Shown in pieces: positions 1-8,853 of a DNA stretch of 64,000 nt (positions are counted from its first letter, which is position 1; each line of letters opens with the position of its first letter). Position numbers and translations under genes: made by a program. Below the pieces are notes generated by a model, which was given only the letters and a program-made list of their open reading frames with translations, did no database searches and was not told the DNA's origin. Origin of the DNA: Plasmodiophora brassicae (Eukaryota); contig CP145419.1 of NCBI GenBank assembly GCA_036867785.1, forward strand, positions 124,001 through 188,000, given 5' to 3'.

Positions 1-626
1 CGACAACCCAGAACTGAAGCCGGGCGTCCGACGTGCTGATCCAGAATCCGTCCGACGAGGCCGCCACCGACGTCACCGTTGGCGGGCCGCCGGATGCCGA
101 CAGGAGATTGCCGCCCAGACCGACGGCGTCGTCAATGTCGGTCACCAGCGACGATGGATGCTCGTTGACGTTCCACTCGTGGGACTCGGCGATTGCCACT
201 GCATGGCGCTCAGGGGAGTCGACGGCGGTGCCCCGCCCCCCGACCTACCTAGATCCGATGGAGGCAACGCGTCCGCGCGGGCGCATCGCTGCCTGGTTCG
301 CGGGTCGAAGACCTGGATCTGGCCGGTCGCAGTGACGGCCACGACGTGCTGTTGTGCACCGCATCGGAACACGCACATGGGCACATGCTGGGCGTCGGCG
401 CCGTCCACGTCCAACCGTTCGCCAATGGGATCCATTCGTTCGGCAGGGTCGGTCGATGACGATCCCGGTCTCTCTCTGTCTCGTTGATCGATCCCGGGTA
501 CGCCTGGTAATGGCGTTCGCCTGCCGGGACGTGCGCGCCACGGTTCCTGCGTCTGGCATGTCGAGCGGCACGCGTGGTCGAGCTCTCAGGGGAGCGACAG
601 AGGACCGGTGATTCGACGGGCGTCAT
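1..626 (-). CDS. Partial gene running off the left edge; possible beta-propeller/WD40-like protein
   Basis: Exon '...HVVAVTATGQIQVFDPRT...' joins in phase through a GTAGGT...ATGCAG intron (~199-248) to an open exon 'VAIAESHEW...VTSVAASSDGFWISTSDARLQFWVV' that reaches base 1. The 5' end is uncertain. Confidence 0.4.
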
Positions 627-1140
627 TCCAAGACGACGACCTTGACGTGTGGGTTCCTAATCCGGCGCCACCATCGGCGGACGATGCGCGATGGCGGGCG
701 GCGACCGTTGCACTAGGACGATGACGATGATGATGATGACGGTGGTCCCATTGGTGGTCCATGCAGCGATGGCAATGGCGACGGCACCGAATCGTGCATC
801 CGTCCATGGGCAGGCACTATCGTTCCCGTATGGCTCTGTGGGGCCCTATGTTCTTCCTGTGTCGGTGCCCGCCGCCTTCCGCACGGCCTCGGTGCGCGTG
901 TCGGCCGGCAACGAGTTCCACGTCGCCATCTACCCGTACCGATCCGCTCAACCGATTCTGGCCCAGTGCTGCGACCACGGCGCGTACGTGTCGCCAGGCG
1001 ATCGTCTACCGGGCGCGTGCCTGGCTCTGCTCAACGGCATCACTCCATGGACATCGACCGCGTTTCCAGACAGGGTATTCGAGCTGAAACGGTTCTCCCT
1101 GCTGCTCAGCAACAGCCTGAACGACTACGAAGCGCATTCG

Positions 1141-1309
1141 AATCGGGACACTGGTGCGACCTCGAGTCCGCAGAGTGCCTTAGATCAGCAATCATAGGGC
1201 GCCTCCCACATATACCGCGCAACACTGCCGTACGGCGTCCGTGGCGCACCAATCATACATTTCTGCTATCTGGCCTTGTCTGGTCTTGTCCGTGTCCTGC
1301 GTGCTAATT
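1141..1309 (+). repeat. 5' LTR (AATCGG...GCTAATT)
   Basis: Direct repeat of 6007-6175, preceded by TSD ATTCG and followed immediately by the PBS. Confidence 0.95.
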
Positions 1310-1322
1310 GGTTATGGGCCCA
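1310..1322 (+). promoter_or_regulatory. Primer-binding site GGTTATGGGCCCA
   Basis: Abuts the 5' LTR. Matches the copia/hemivirus-type PBS complementary to an internal part of initiator tRNA-Met (half-tRNA priming). Confidence 0.85.
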
Positions 1323-1335
1323 TCCCAAGCCTTAC

Positions 1336-1430
1336 CCCTGTCCCTGTTCCTGTCCCCGTCCCTGTCCCCGTCCCTGTCCCTGTTCCTGCCCCAGCCCCAG
1401 TTCCCGTACTGTCCCGTGTCCCAGCCCGTG
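1336..1430 (+). repeat. Hexamer microsatellite (CCTGTC/CCCGTC variants) in the element's 5' leader
   Basis: Visible tandem CCTGTC/CCTGTT/CCCGTC units, which give spurious PVPVPV/CPCP ORFs. Confidence 0.8.
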
Positions 1431-1513
1431 TCGTGATCCAGTTCGCGTTGTGACCGCCCGCGCCCCACGCTCGGTTTGTACCCGTCCCTGTCCCCCTGCT
1501 CCCGCCGCCCGCA

Positions 1514-2461
1514 ATGGCGGAGGACTGGAACCAGATCGTCACAAACCTGAACTCTCAGATCCAGCACCTGCAACAGCAACAACAACAACAGCAGCAGCTT
1601 CTACAACAACAGCACGATCAACTGCTACAACAGCAACAACTACTGCAGCAGCAACCGTCCCCACAACAGCGAACGGTCTCACAGCATCATGTTTCCGAGC
1701 CCAAGGTCAAGCTTCCCCCCATCTACAACGGCGGCCGTGGAGAACTTCGCGGCTTCCTGAACCAAGTCAAGCTGGTTATCACCCAGCGGCCTGCCACCTA
1801 TGCGACCGACGCTCAGAAGGTCGCGCTGGTGGGACAGCTGCTGGGTGGTGATGCTCTTCGGTGGTTTAATCCGTTGTTCGAAAAGGACGACGCGGTGCTG
1901 ACGGAGTTCGTCGCCTTTATCAAGGCCTTCAAGACAAGGTTCGGTGACCCTCATCTAGCCGAGACTGCGGCACGGAAGCTACAGCATCTTCGTCAGGGCC
2001 GAGGCACCGTCGCCCGCTTCGCGACAGAGTTCCAAAACCTGGTGGCGGACGCCGGGTTCAACGACTCAGCCTGCCGACACATGTTCCGCGCCGGCCTGTC
2101 CAGGGACGTGCAGTTCCTGCTGCTGTCCCTGCCCGTCGCCGAGACGCTTGACGAGCTTGTCATACAGGCAATCCGGTGTGACAACCGCCTGGCCGAGCAC
2201 CGATCGACCACCGCCCTCGTTCCTGTCCCTGCTGCCTCCGCCGCCGCAGTGCCGTCCGCTCCTCCCCCAGCCCCGGCCGCCGCGGTTGGGGATCCCATGG
2301 TTATCGACGCCGCGATCGGCGGTGGGCCCCGCGCGCCCTTAACCCAAGACGAGAAAGATCGCCGTCGTCGCGAAGGCCTATGCCTTTACTGCGGGGTGGC
2401 TGGCCATGTCGCAGTGTCCTGTCCCGTGCGTCCGCAGGGAAACGCCTCCCGGCGTGGCTGA
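1514..2461 (+). CDS. gag: Gag, Ty3/gypsy (Sushi/PEG10-like) type, with N-terminal polyQ and a CCHC knuckle
   Basis: Motifs 'EPKVKLPPIYNG...RGFLNQV', 'LLGGDALRWF', 'LRQGRGTVARFATEF', 'DPMVID' and 'EKDRRRREGLCLYCGVAGHVAVSC'. Confidence 0.92.
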   Translation: MAEDWNQIVTNLNSQIQHLQQQQQQQQQLLQQQHDQLLQQQQLLQQQPSPQQRTVSQHHVSEPKVKLPPIYNGGRGELRGFLNQVKLVITQRPATYATDAQKVALVGQLLGGDALRWFNPLFEKDDAVLTEFVAFIKAFKTRFGDPHLAETAARKLQHLRQGRGTVARFATEFQNLVADAGFNDSACRHMFRAGLSRDVQFLLLSLPVAETLDELVIQAIRCDNRLAEHRSTTALVPVPAASAAAVPSAPPPAPAAAVGDPMVIDAAIGGGPRAPLTQDEKDRRRREGLCLYCGVAGHVAVSCPVRPQGNASRRG

Positions 2462-2483
2462 AATCCCGGTCGGTCGCCACGCC
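2437..2483 (+). promoter_or_regulatory. -1 programmed ribosomal frameshift signal
   Basis: G GGA AAC heptamer (2437-2443) in the gag frame, 7-nt spacer, then an 8-bp stem GGCGTGGC (2451-2458)/GCCACGCC (2476-2483). pol lies in the -1 frame. Confidence 0.85.
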
Positions 2484-5400
2484 TACCAATACACCTGTTC
2501 CATCATGCAACCCCGACCACTTCTTTCCCGAGCCAAGTATGATTTCCGCGTCCACCAACCTCGTCGAGCACTTGGACCGTGTCCTAAGCATAGACGTGTC
2601 CCTTCAACTCGACAATGGCAAGACTGTACAGACGACGGCACTTATCGACTCAGGAGCAACCAACGACTTCATACACTCCGACTTCGCCCGCGCTCACAAC
2701 GTTCCGCTCACCAAGAAACCCGCACCGGTAGATCTGGAGGTAATTGACGGGCGGCGGCTACCGAAGGTGGCGCTGGAAACGGCCCCTGTCCGCCTCAGCA
2801 TCGGCAACCACTCCGAATCGATCGTGCTGAACGTAATCGACTCCCCGCGATTCCCGATTATCCTCGGCATGACCTGGCTCTCAAGGCACAACCCGAGCAT
2901 TAACTGGACACACCGAACGATGGAGATTACTCGTGTCGCTCAGGACGCCGCGCGCGAACAGAGCGAACCCAAGGAAGCCATCACAGCCCTAACCTTGCAC
3001 GACAATGGCGTATTCTCTCAGCAACCAGACCCACCACCTCAAGACCTCTCGCCACCCACACGACACGAACGGCGGTCGAGGGCCCGTGTTGACAGCGGCA
3101 AGGTGCCCTACGCCGTTCCGCTTCCCGGGGATTGGAACCAAGCCCAGAGTCTCAAGCGTTGGCACCACCGCCTCGGCCACCGTAACCTGCGTGACGTCAT
3201 CCTGATGGCAAATCATGACCTTACCGAATCCATGGAGATCCTGGCACAGAAGGTTGACAGGTTCTGCGAAGGGTGCGCTATCGCGAAAGCCAAGGAACGT
3301 CCTTTCCCCTCGGAGTCCAAAGAAAAACAGTGGAACGTGCTCGAGAGAATCGACGTCGACGAATGCGGACCGCTTCCCGTCGCCTCACTCAAAGGGGAGC
3401 GATACTTTATCACGTTCACGGAATTTGCAACCAGGATGAAATTTACCTTCCTGTTGCACCACAAGAACCAGGCGCTGACCAAGTTCAAGGAGCTCAAGAC
3501 TCGAATTGAGAATCGCCTGGAGAAATCCATTAAGATCCTCTTCGGCGACAACGATGGGGTATTCATCAACAACGAGTTCAAGGCGTTCTTGCAGGACAAC
3601 GGGATCGAGTGGAGATCAACGGTGGAGTATTCCTCCAAGCAGAACGGTGTCTCCGAACGGGGACACCTGACGCTCATGGACTCCGGTCGCGCAATGCTCG
3701 TACACGCAAGGCTCCCCAAGCAGTTCTGGGGACCCGCAATTCTGACTGCCAGCCACGTCCATAATCTCTGCCCCCACCCACGCGATCCCTCGACCACGCC
3801 CCATGAAATGCTGTCGCGCTCGAAACCTGATATCCGCTACCTTAGAACGTTCGGGTGCGACGCATATGGCTACGTCCCGTCCAGCCAGAGAACGAAGCTG
3901 GACCCACGCGCCGTGAAAGGCATCTTCATCGGATATGCAGACCACCAGAAAGGGTACGTCCTCTATCACCCTTCGTCCGGCCTGATCAAGGTGTACCGCA
4001 GCGTGACGTTCAGCGAAGACAGCTTCGGCGGCCGCAGTGCGGACGACGCCCTCGCCGATCCCGAGGAACCTGAGTCTGGATACGACAGCGACTACGTTCC
4101 CTCCGGTGACGAACCCGCTGTCGAGGGGGCGCAGTCCGCCGCAGGCCCCAATGAGGATCCGCGACCTCCCACCGAACGAGCCCGGCGTCTCTCCCGCAAG
4201 CCAGACCGTTTAGGAGATCCCGTCCACCACGCCTGGATCGCGTCCCTGCAACCTACCAACGACGATCCTATTCACCACATGTGGATAGGTTCCACACATC
4301 AATGCGACGACGACGATGACGCCGCGCTCATTGCAGATGACCCCGACACTCCAAACACATATGAAGACGCCATGGCAAGTCCCGAGGCAGAGTTCTGGAC
4401 TAAGGCGATGGCCGATGAATTGAAGAGCCTGAAACAGCACAAGACATGGGAAGCTGTGGAGCGACTACCCGTCGGGGCACGCCCCATCGGATGCCGCTGG
4501 GTCTACAAGCGCAAGATCACCAAGTCAAGTCAGATCCCGCCGGACACCACCTGGGTTCTCCGCCATGACCCCGACGGTGTCACCTCCTACCGGTACAAGG
4601 CTCGACTATGCATACTCGGCTACAGACAGCGCCAGGGGATCGACTACACGAACACCTATGCGCCAGTCGTCCGGAGCGACATCCTCCGTCTAGTACTAGC
4701 CCTGTCCGTCCAAGACAAGGAGATCATCGCCGAGCAGATGGATGTGATGACCGCATTCCTCAACGCCCACCTCACCGAAGAGATCTACATGGACTCCCCG
4801 AAAGGGATGAAGGCCAGAACCCGTTTCGTCAAGCTCCTACGATCGATCTATGGCCTGAAACAGGCCCCAAGAGAATGGTTCAAGGTCATCGACGCCTTCC
4901 TCGTTAACGAATGCGGGTTCCAACGAGCCAAGTCCGCATCGTGCTTGTACTTCAAACGTGGTCCAACTGGACGGCTCGTCATTGTTGGGGTCTACGTCGA
5001 TGATATTCCCATCGTCGGACATCCCGAACTCGTACAGGAAACCAAGTCAGCCCTCTCGAAGAGATTCAAGATGTCGGACATGGGAGAGCTTCAATCAGTC
5101 ATTGGCTTCGACGTCGATAGACAAGGTGGATCGGTGTTCCTGTCGCAAGAACGCTACACGAAAACTATCCTCGACACCTACGGCATGGCCGAATCGCGCC
5201 CCGTCTCGACACCGGCAGATGCGAACTTGAAGTTATCCACATCACTGTGCCCGCAGAACCAGGCCGATCGCGAACTTGCCGCCTTAGAAGGCCAGCGCAT
5301 CAACTATCGAGCAGCGGTAGGTCACCTAATGTGGCTGCTGCACACCCGGCCAGACATCGCCTATGCGGTGAACGAGGTCTCCCGATACGTGCAAGACCCA

Positions 5401-6063
5401 GGGCCAGCGCACTTCGTCGCGCTGAAGCGAGTCTTCAGGTACCTCAACGGCACTCGCAACTACGGCCTCCTGTTCGAAGGAGGTGGGGAAACGGCCACAC
5501 CGCTCCTGGTCGGCTACTCCGATTCTGATTGGGGTGGAGACCTCGACACACGACGATCGACTTCGGGGTGCGTGTTCCTTCTGAATGGCTGCCCGGTTTC
5601 ATTTCGCTCTAAGAAGCAGACCACGGTCGCGTTATCGTCGTGCGAGGCGGAGACGGTGGCGTCAACACTCGCGGCAACAGAAGGCGTCTGGTTGCGCAAT
5701 GTGCTGGACGAACTAGGTTTTCCACAAGCTCAGCCTACACCTCTACACGTAGACAATCAGGGGGCGATCGCGTTCGCCAACAGCGAAATCAACCACAGCA
5801 AGATGAAACATCTCGCGCTCAAGGACCACTTCGTCAGAGAACTGGTGGCATCCAACCAGATCAAGGTGCACTACGTCCGCTCGTGCGAGAACCTCGCCGA
5901 CATCTTCACGAAACCGCTCGGAAAGCACAAGTTCGTAGAATTCCGTGCGGCCCTCAAGTGCGTACCGCATCCCCACATGAACTTGGACTCTCAGGTCGAG
6001 GGGGGGAATCGGGACACTGGTGCGACCTCGAGTCCGCAGAGTGCCTTAGATCAGCAATCATAG
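2437..6063 (+). CDS. pol: Pol: aspartic protease, HHCC/DDE integrase, copia RT and copia RNase H
   Basis: PR 'LIDSGAT...IILGMTWLSRHNPSINW'. IN 'WHHRLGH..CEGC', 'DECGP', 'DNDG', 'QNGVSER', 'KLDPRA...FIGY'. RT 'YKARL', 'QMDVMTAFLN', 'IYGLKQAPREW', 'YVDD'. RH 'YSDSDWGG..RRSTSG', 'ADIFTKPL'. The stop lies inside the 3' LTR. Confidence 0.96.
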   Translation, partial: GKRLPAWLKSRSVATPTNTPVPSCNPDHFFPEPSMISASTNLVEHLDRVLSIDVSLQLDNGKTVQTTALIDSGATNDFIHSDFARAHNVPLTKKPAPVDLEVIDGRRLPKVALETAPVRLSIGNHSESIVLNVIDSPRFPIILGMTWLSRHNPSINWTHRTMEITRVAQDAAREQSEPKEAITALTLHDNGVFSQQPDPPPQDLSPPTRHERRSRARVDSGKVPYAVPLPGDWNQAQSLKRWHHRLGHRNLRDVILMANHDLTESMEILAQKVDRFCEGCAIAKAKERPFPSESKEKQWNVLERIDVDECGPLPVASLKGERYFITFTEFATRMKFTFLLHHKNQALTKFKELKTRIENRLEKSIKILFGDNDGVFINNEFKAFLQDNGIEWRSTVEYSSKQNGVSERGHLTLMDSGRAMLVHARLPKQFWGPAILTASHVHNLCPHPRDPSTTPHEMLSRSKPDIRYLRTFGCDAYGYVPSSQRTKLDPRAVKGIFIGYADHQKGYVLYHPSSGLIKVYRSVTFSEDSFGGRSADDALADPEEPESGYDSDYVPSGDEPAVEGAQSAAGPNEDPRPPTERARRLSRKPDRLGDPVHHAWIASLQPTNDDPIHHMWIGSTHQCDDDDDAALIADDPDTPNTYEDAMASPEAEFWTKAMADELKSLKQHKTWEAVERLPVGARPIGCRWVYKRKITKSSQIPPDTTWVLRHDPDGVTSYRYKARLCILGYRQRQGIDYTNTYAPVVRSDILRLVLALSVQDKEIIAEQMDVMTAFLNAHLTEEIYMDSPKGMKARTRFVKLLRSIYGLKQAPREWFKVIDAFLVNECGFQRAKSASCLYFKRGPTGRLVIVGVYVDDIPIVGHPELVQETKSALSKRFKMSDMGELQSVIGFDVDRQGGSVFLSQERYTKTILDTYGMAESRPVSTPADANLKLSTSLCPQNQADRELAALEGQRINYRAAVGHLMWLLHTRPDIAYAVNEVSRYVQDPGPAHFVALKRVFRYLNGTRNYGLLFEGGGETATPLLVGYSDSDWGGDLDTRRSTSGCVFLLNGCPVSFRSKKQTTVALSSCEAETVASTLAATEGVWLRNVLDELGFPQAQPTPLHVDNQGAIAFANSEINHSKMKHLALKDHFVRELVASNQIKVHYVRSCENLADIFTKPLGKHKFVEFRAALKCVPHPHMNLDSQVEGGNRDTGATSSPQSALDQQS
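5998..6006 (+). promoter_or_regulatory. Polypurine tract GAGGGGGGG
   Basis: Directly abuts the 3' LTR. Confidence 0.85.
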
Positions 6064-6175
6064 GGCGCCTCCCACATATACCGCGCAACACTGCCGTACG
6101 GCGTCCGTGGCGCACCAATCATACATTTCTGCTATCTGGCCTTGTCTGGTCTTGTCCGTGTCCTGCGTGCTAATT
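6007..6175 (+). repeat. 3' LTR
   Basis: Matches 1141-1309 and is followed by TSD ATTCG. Confidence 0.95.
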
Positions 6176-6702
6176 ATTCGGGCGGCTTGCTGGTTCTCAT
6201 CCGGTTCCGCCGGACGGCGAGGCCCGTCAACGCGGTCATGCGCCACTCGCCGGGCCTGGGGATCTGTAAGTTCCGCTTCAACGCGAGCAGCGGTTATCAT
6301 CTACCGGATCGGCTCGACTAGCGGGCATTACAGTGCCGTACAATGAAACCGGGAGGCCCTTTGCAGGGACCGCTCGTTGTCGTCTTGCGATACACGAAAC
6401 GCATGAGCGTTGCTGGTCAACCACGCCATTCACCTATTCGGACCTTTCCCTGCTGATATACCCGAGAACGAGAGCGAACGTAGTCATGCGGCCCAGGAAC
6501 CGTTCGACTCGGACCATGGACTGTCAAACGGCGTACTGCCGCTAAACAGGTGCCAGGTGGTCAGCGCTTGCAGGACTTGGACGTGCGCGTTGGCAAGCGG
6601 GGCCAAATCGGGCGCCAAGACGCGCACCACGACGCTGGTGCGGCAGGCCGCCCGTCGGGACCTCCGACTGGTGCGCCCCAATCCCATATCGCAACTGGGC
6701 GG

Positions 6703-7263
6703 ATGACGACACTGACGGCGATATTCGTACTATTGGGGCAACTCTTGATTGCCGCGGGGGCAGAATCGGATGGTCAGGCGCCGCCCCGTCTGGTTGGGCA
6801 ATCAGCATCGTTCCCATACGTTTCCGCCGGGCCGTACATTGTCCCGTTGCCAGCAGCCGCCGATCTCCGCACAGCATCGTTCTCCGTCGCGGCCGCCAAT
6901 GCGTTCCATGTCGACATTTACGCGTACAACTCGGTGCACCCGATCCTGCTTCAGTGCTTCGGCGATGGCACGCAGATCTGGCAAGGCGATCGCCTTCCGA
7001 GCAGGTGCTTGGCGTCGCTCAAACGCATTCGCCCATGGGTATCCAGTCCGTCCCTGAGCAAGACGTTCGCTGTGAGGCCGATATCCCTGCTGCAGATGGG
7101 CCCCTATATGCATTCCGGTGGTTTGCTGGCAGTCGTCCGTTTCCCCCTCGCGGTCAGACTCGTCAATGCTCTGCGCAGGACGTCGTCGGCTATGGGTTCC
7201 AGGGACTGCGAGTTCAAGTTCGGTGCGACCACCGACGACCATCTCCCGGATTGGTTCGCCTGA
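6703..7263 (+). CDS. Small secreted protein of unknown function; intact tandem paralog of the disrupted gene
   Basis: Signal-peptide-like 'MTTLTAIFVLLGQLLIAAGA'. Shares 'GQ..SFPY..GPY..P', 'FHV.IY.Y', 'GDRLP..CLA' and 'HSGGLL' with the 721-6321 gene. Confidence 0.8.
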   Translation: MTTLTAIFVLLGQLLIAAGAESDGQAPPRLVGQSASFPYVSAGPYIVPLPAAADLRTASFSVAAANAFHVDIYAYNSVHPILLQCFGDGTQIWQGDRLPSRCLASLKRIRPWVSSPSLSKTFAVRPISLLQMGPYMHSGGLLAVVRFPLAVRLVNALRRTSSAMGSRDCEFKFGATTDDHLPDWFA

Positions 7264-7436
7264 TGCGTGTGCACCCGCTATACCAATGTGGCAGTCAATA
7301 CACTGTCAGGCTTGGCTCGTGCTGAACGGCCACTGCAATTGCCATTGTTCGGATTCCACTCTGCGTTTCTGCATTGCACGTCAATCTAAGCCGGGGAGGG
7401 TGGTCGGGCGCCGTTCCACGTTTATCGTCACATCCG

Positions 7437-8529
7437 TCATTCGTTCGCGAACGTGATGGACGTGCTGCTTTGCGCGCGTTGGCGATTGTCGACGGCCTCC
7501 TGTGCCGCGACGGGCGTGTTCGCCTGCCGCAGCTGCTGCTCCAGCAGCGCCCGGCTCGGCCTCGGGTCGCGCAGTTTCCGGTCGGCCGGGCAGATCCCGC
7601 CCGAGAAGCGGTAGTTGATGACGTCAGCGCCCAGCGACCTGTTCCTGTCGACGGTGAATCGCGTCCGGACCGGCTCGTCGACCGGCACGCCGTAATGCAT
7701 CGTGCGCGACGCTGTGTCCTCCAGATCAGATCGTCGTAACAGGCGTCGGCTCGGTCGGGGCGCTTCCGAGCTATGGCGCGAGCGACGAAGGTGCGGGAAC
7801 GTGCGAATGCTGTGCGATTCCAGCGAGGCCTCGAACTCGGGATCGAACTGCGTGATGATGTCACGAGATCGGCTCAACGGTGAACGAGGCGGCCCGCGCC
7901 GGCGCGACTCGGCCGGTACGTCGTCGACGTCAAGCGGCGACTTCTTCGGCAGCGGGATCTGGCGCAGACATGGACGGAAGTCGCGCTCGTAATCAGTTCG
8001 CCGGCCGGCGCGCGTCGAATCAAACGGCAGGCGGCCTGCTTTGCCATGTCTGCGTTCCTCCTGTAGGATGACGTCGAGTTAATGCCCGGATGCGACACGA
8101 AGGAACAAATGATACCGGTGCTGGTTGCGATGTCTCCAGGTCGTAGGGCGCCGGGCGAGCCTGGGCGCCGTTGGGATGAGGTCGATGACGAGGGGCAGGT
8201 TCAGCCATCGGGTCGCCTTCCAGGATGGGGTCGCGTTCATATCCTCGTTGCAGCGTGTTCGGCAGGCCTTCGTCGGTTGGGGCGCGAGCATGAACGAGAA
8301 CGGACCCGCCATGGAACGAGGACGGCTGGTGCCGGCGTGCCGTCTTCGGCGAATCCCAATCCCAGGTGCGATCCGCAGATGGCAGGTGGTCGACGAGACC
8401 GCTGGGGCTACCTTCGTCAGACGCGGATGGCGCCGCCTCGGCTGTCTGACGTTCGCATGCCAGCGCCAGGTCACGTGCCGACTCGCTGAATATGTCCCAG
8501 ACGTGGTTGGAAAGCTTCCAGGGCGCCAC
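7437..8529 (-). CDS. Hypothetical protein, probably multi-exon
   Basis: Consecutive minus-strand ORFs (8020-8529 and 7437-7877) with protein-like composition. No domain recognised. Confidence 0.3.
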
Positions 8530-8853
8530 ACGTCGACATTCCCTGGCAAACGCAGCCGGACGTTAGACGGCAACTGTAACCGGAATGGCGCATGTGCACC
8601 TGGGCATGACAGGAGCCGACTCCTGGTCGGCGCCATGAGCGAACTCGGGCCCGTTCACCATAACGACAGTATTCAACGACGAAGCCACCCGACTGGCGTA
8701 CCTGTACAGTGCCCGACGATCCCATCACTGTATCCCGACCACATACAATCGGTCACATGGCGACGTCGGCAAGAGTGGGCCACTGACAGCACCAGACGGT
8801 ACTTCAACGCAGCCTATTGTGTATCGGATTGTTCCCATGCCTCACTTGGCGGA

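Larger units (their letters stand above)
1141..6175 (+). mobile_element. Full-length LTR retrotransposon with gypsy-type gag/protease and copia-type IN-RT-RNaseH
   Basis: Two 169-bp LTRs that appear identical by eye, 5-bp TSD ATTCG (1136-1140 and 6176-6180), PBS, PPT, and intact gag and pol ORFs. Confidence 0.97.
721..6321 (+). pseudogene. Small secreted-type protein gene interrupted by the LTR element (pieces 721-1140 and 6181-6321)
   Basis: Removing the element and one ATTCG copy restores '...YEAHS|GGLLVLIRF...CKFRF...HLPDRLD*', collinear with the intact neighbour at 6703-7263 ('HSGGLLAVVRF...CEFKF...HLPDWFA*'). Hydrophobic N-terminus. Confidence 0.85.

Noticed and set aside
1241-1851. PVPVPV, CPCPRP and GTGTGT ORFs
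   Set aside because: Translations of the hexamer microsatellite and alternate frames of gag polyQ, not genes.
1141-6175. Nested gypsy-inside-copia insertion as the explanation for the chimera
   Set aside because: No second LTR pair, internal TSD, gypsy RT/IN or copia gag remnant, and protease and integrase share one open frame.
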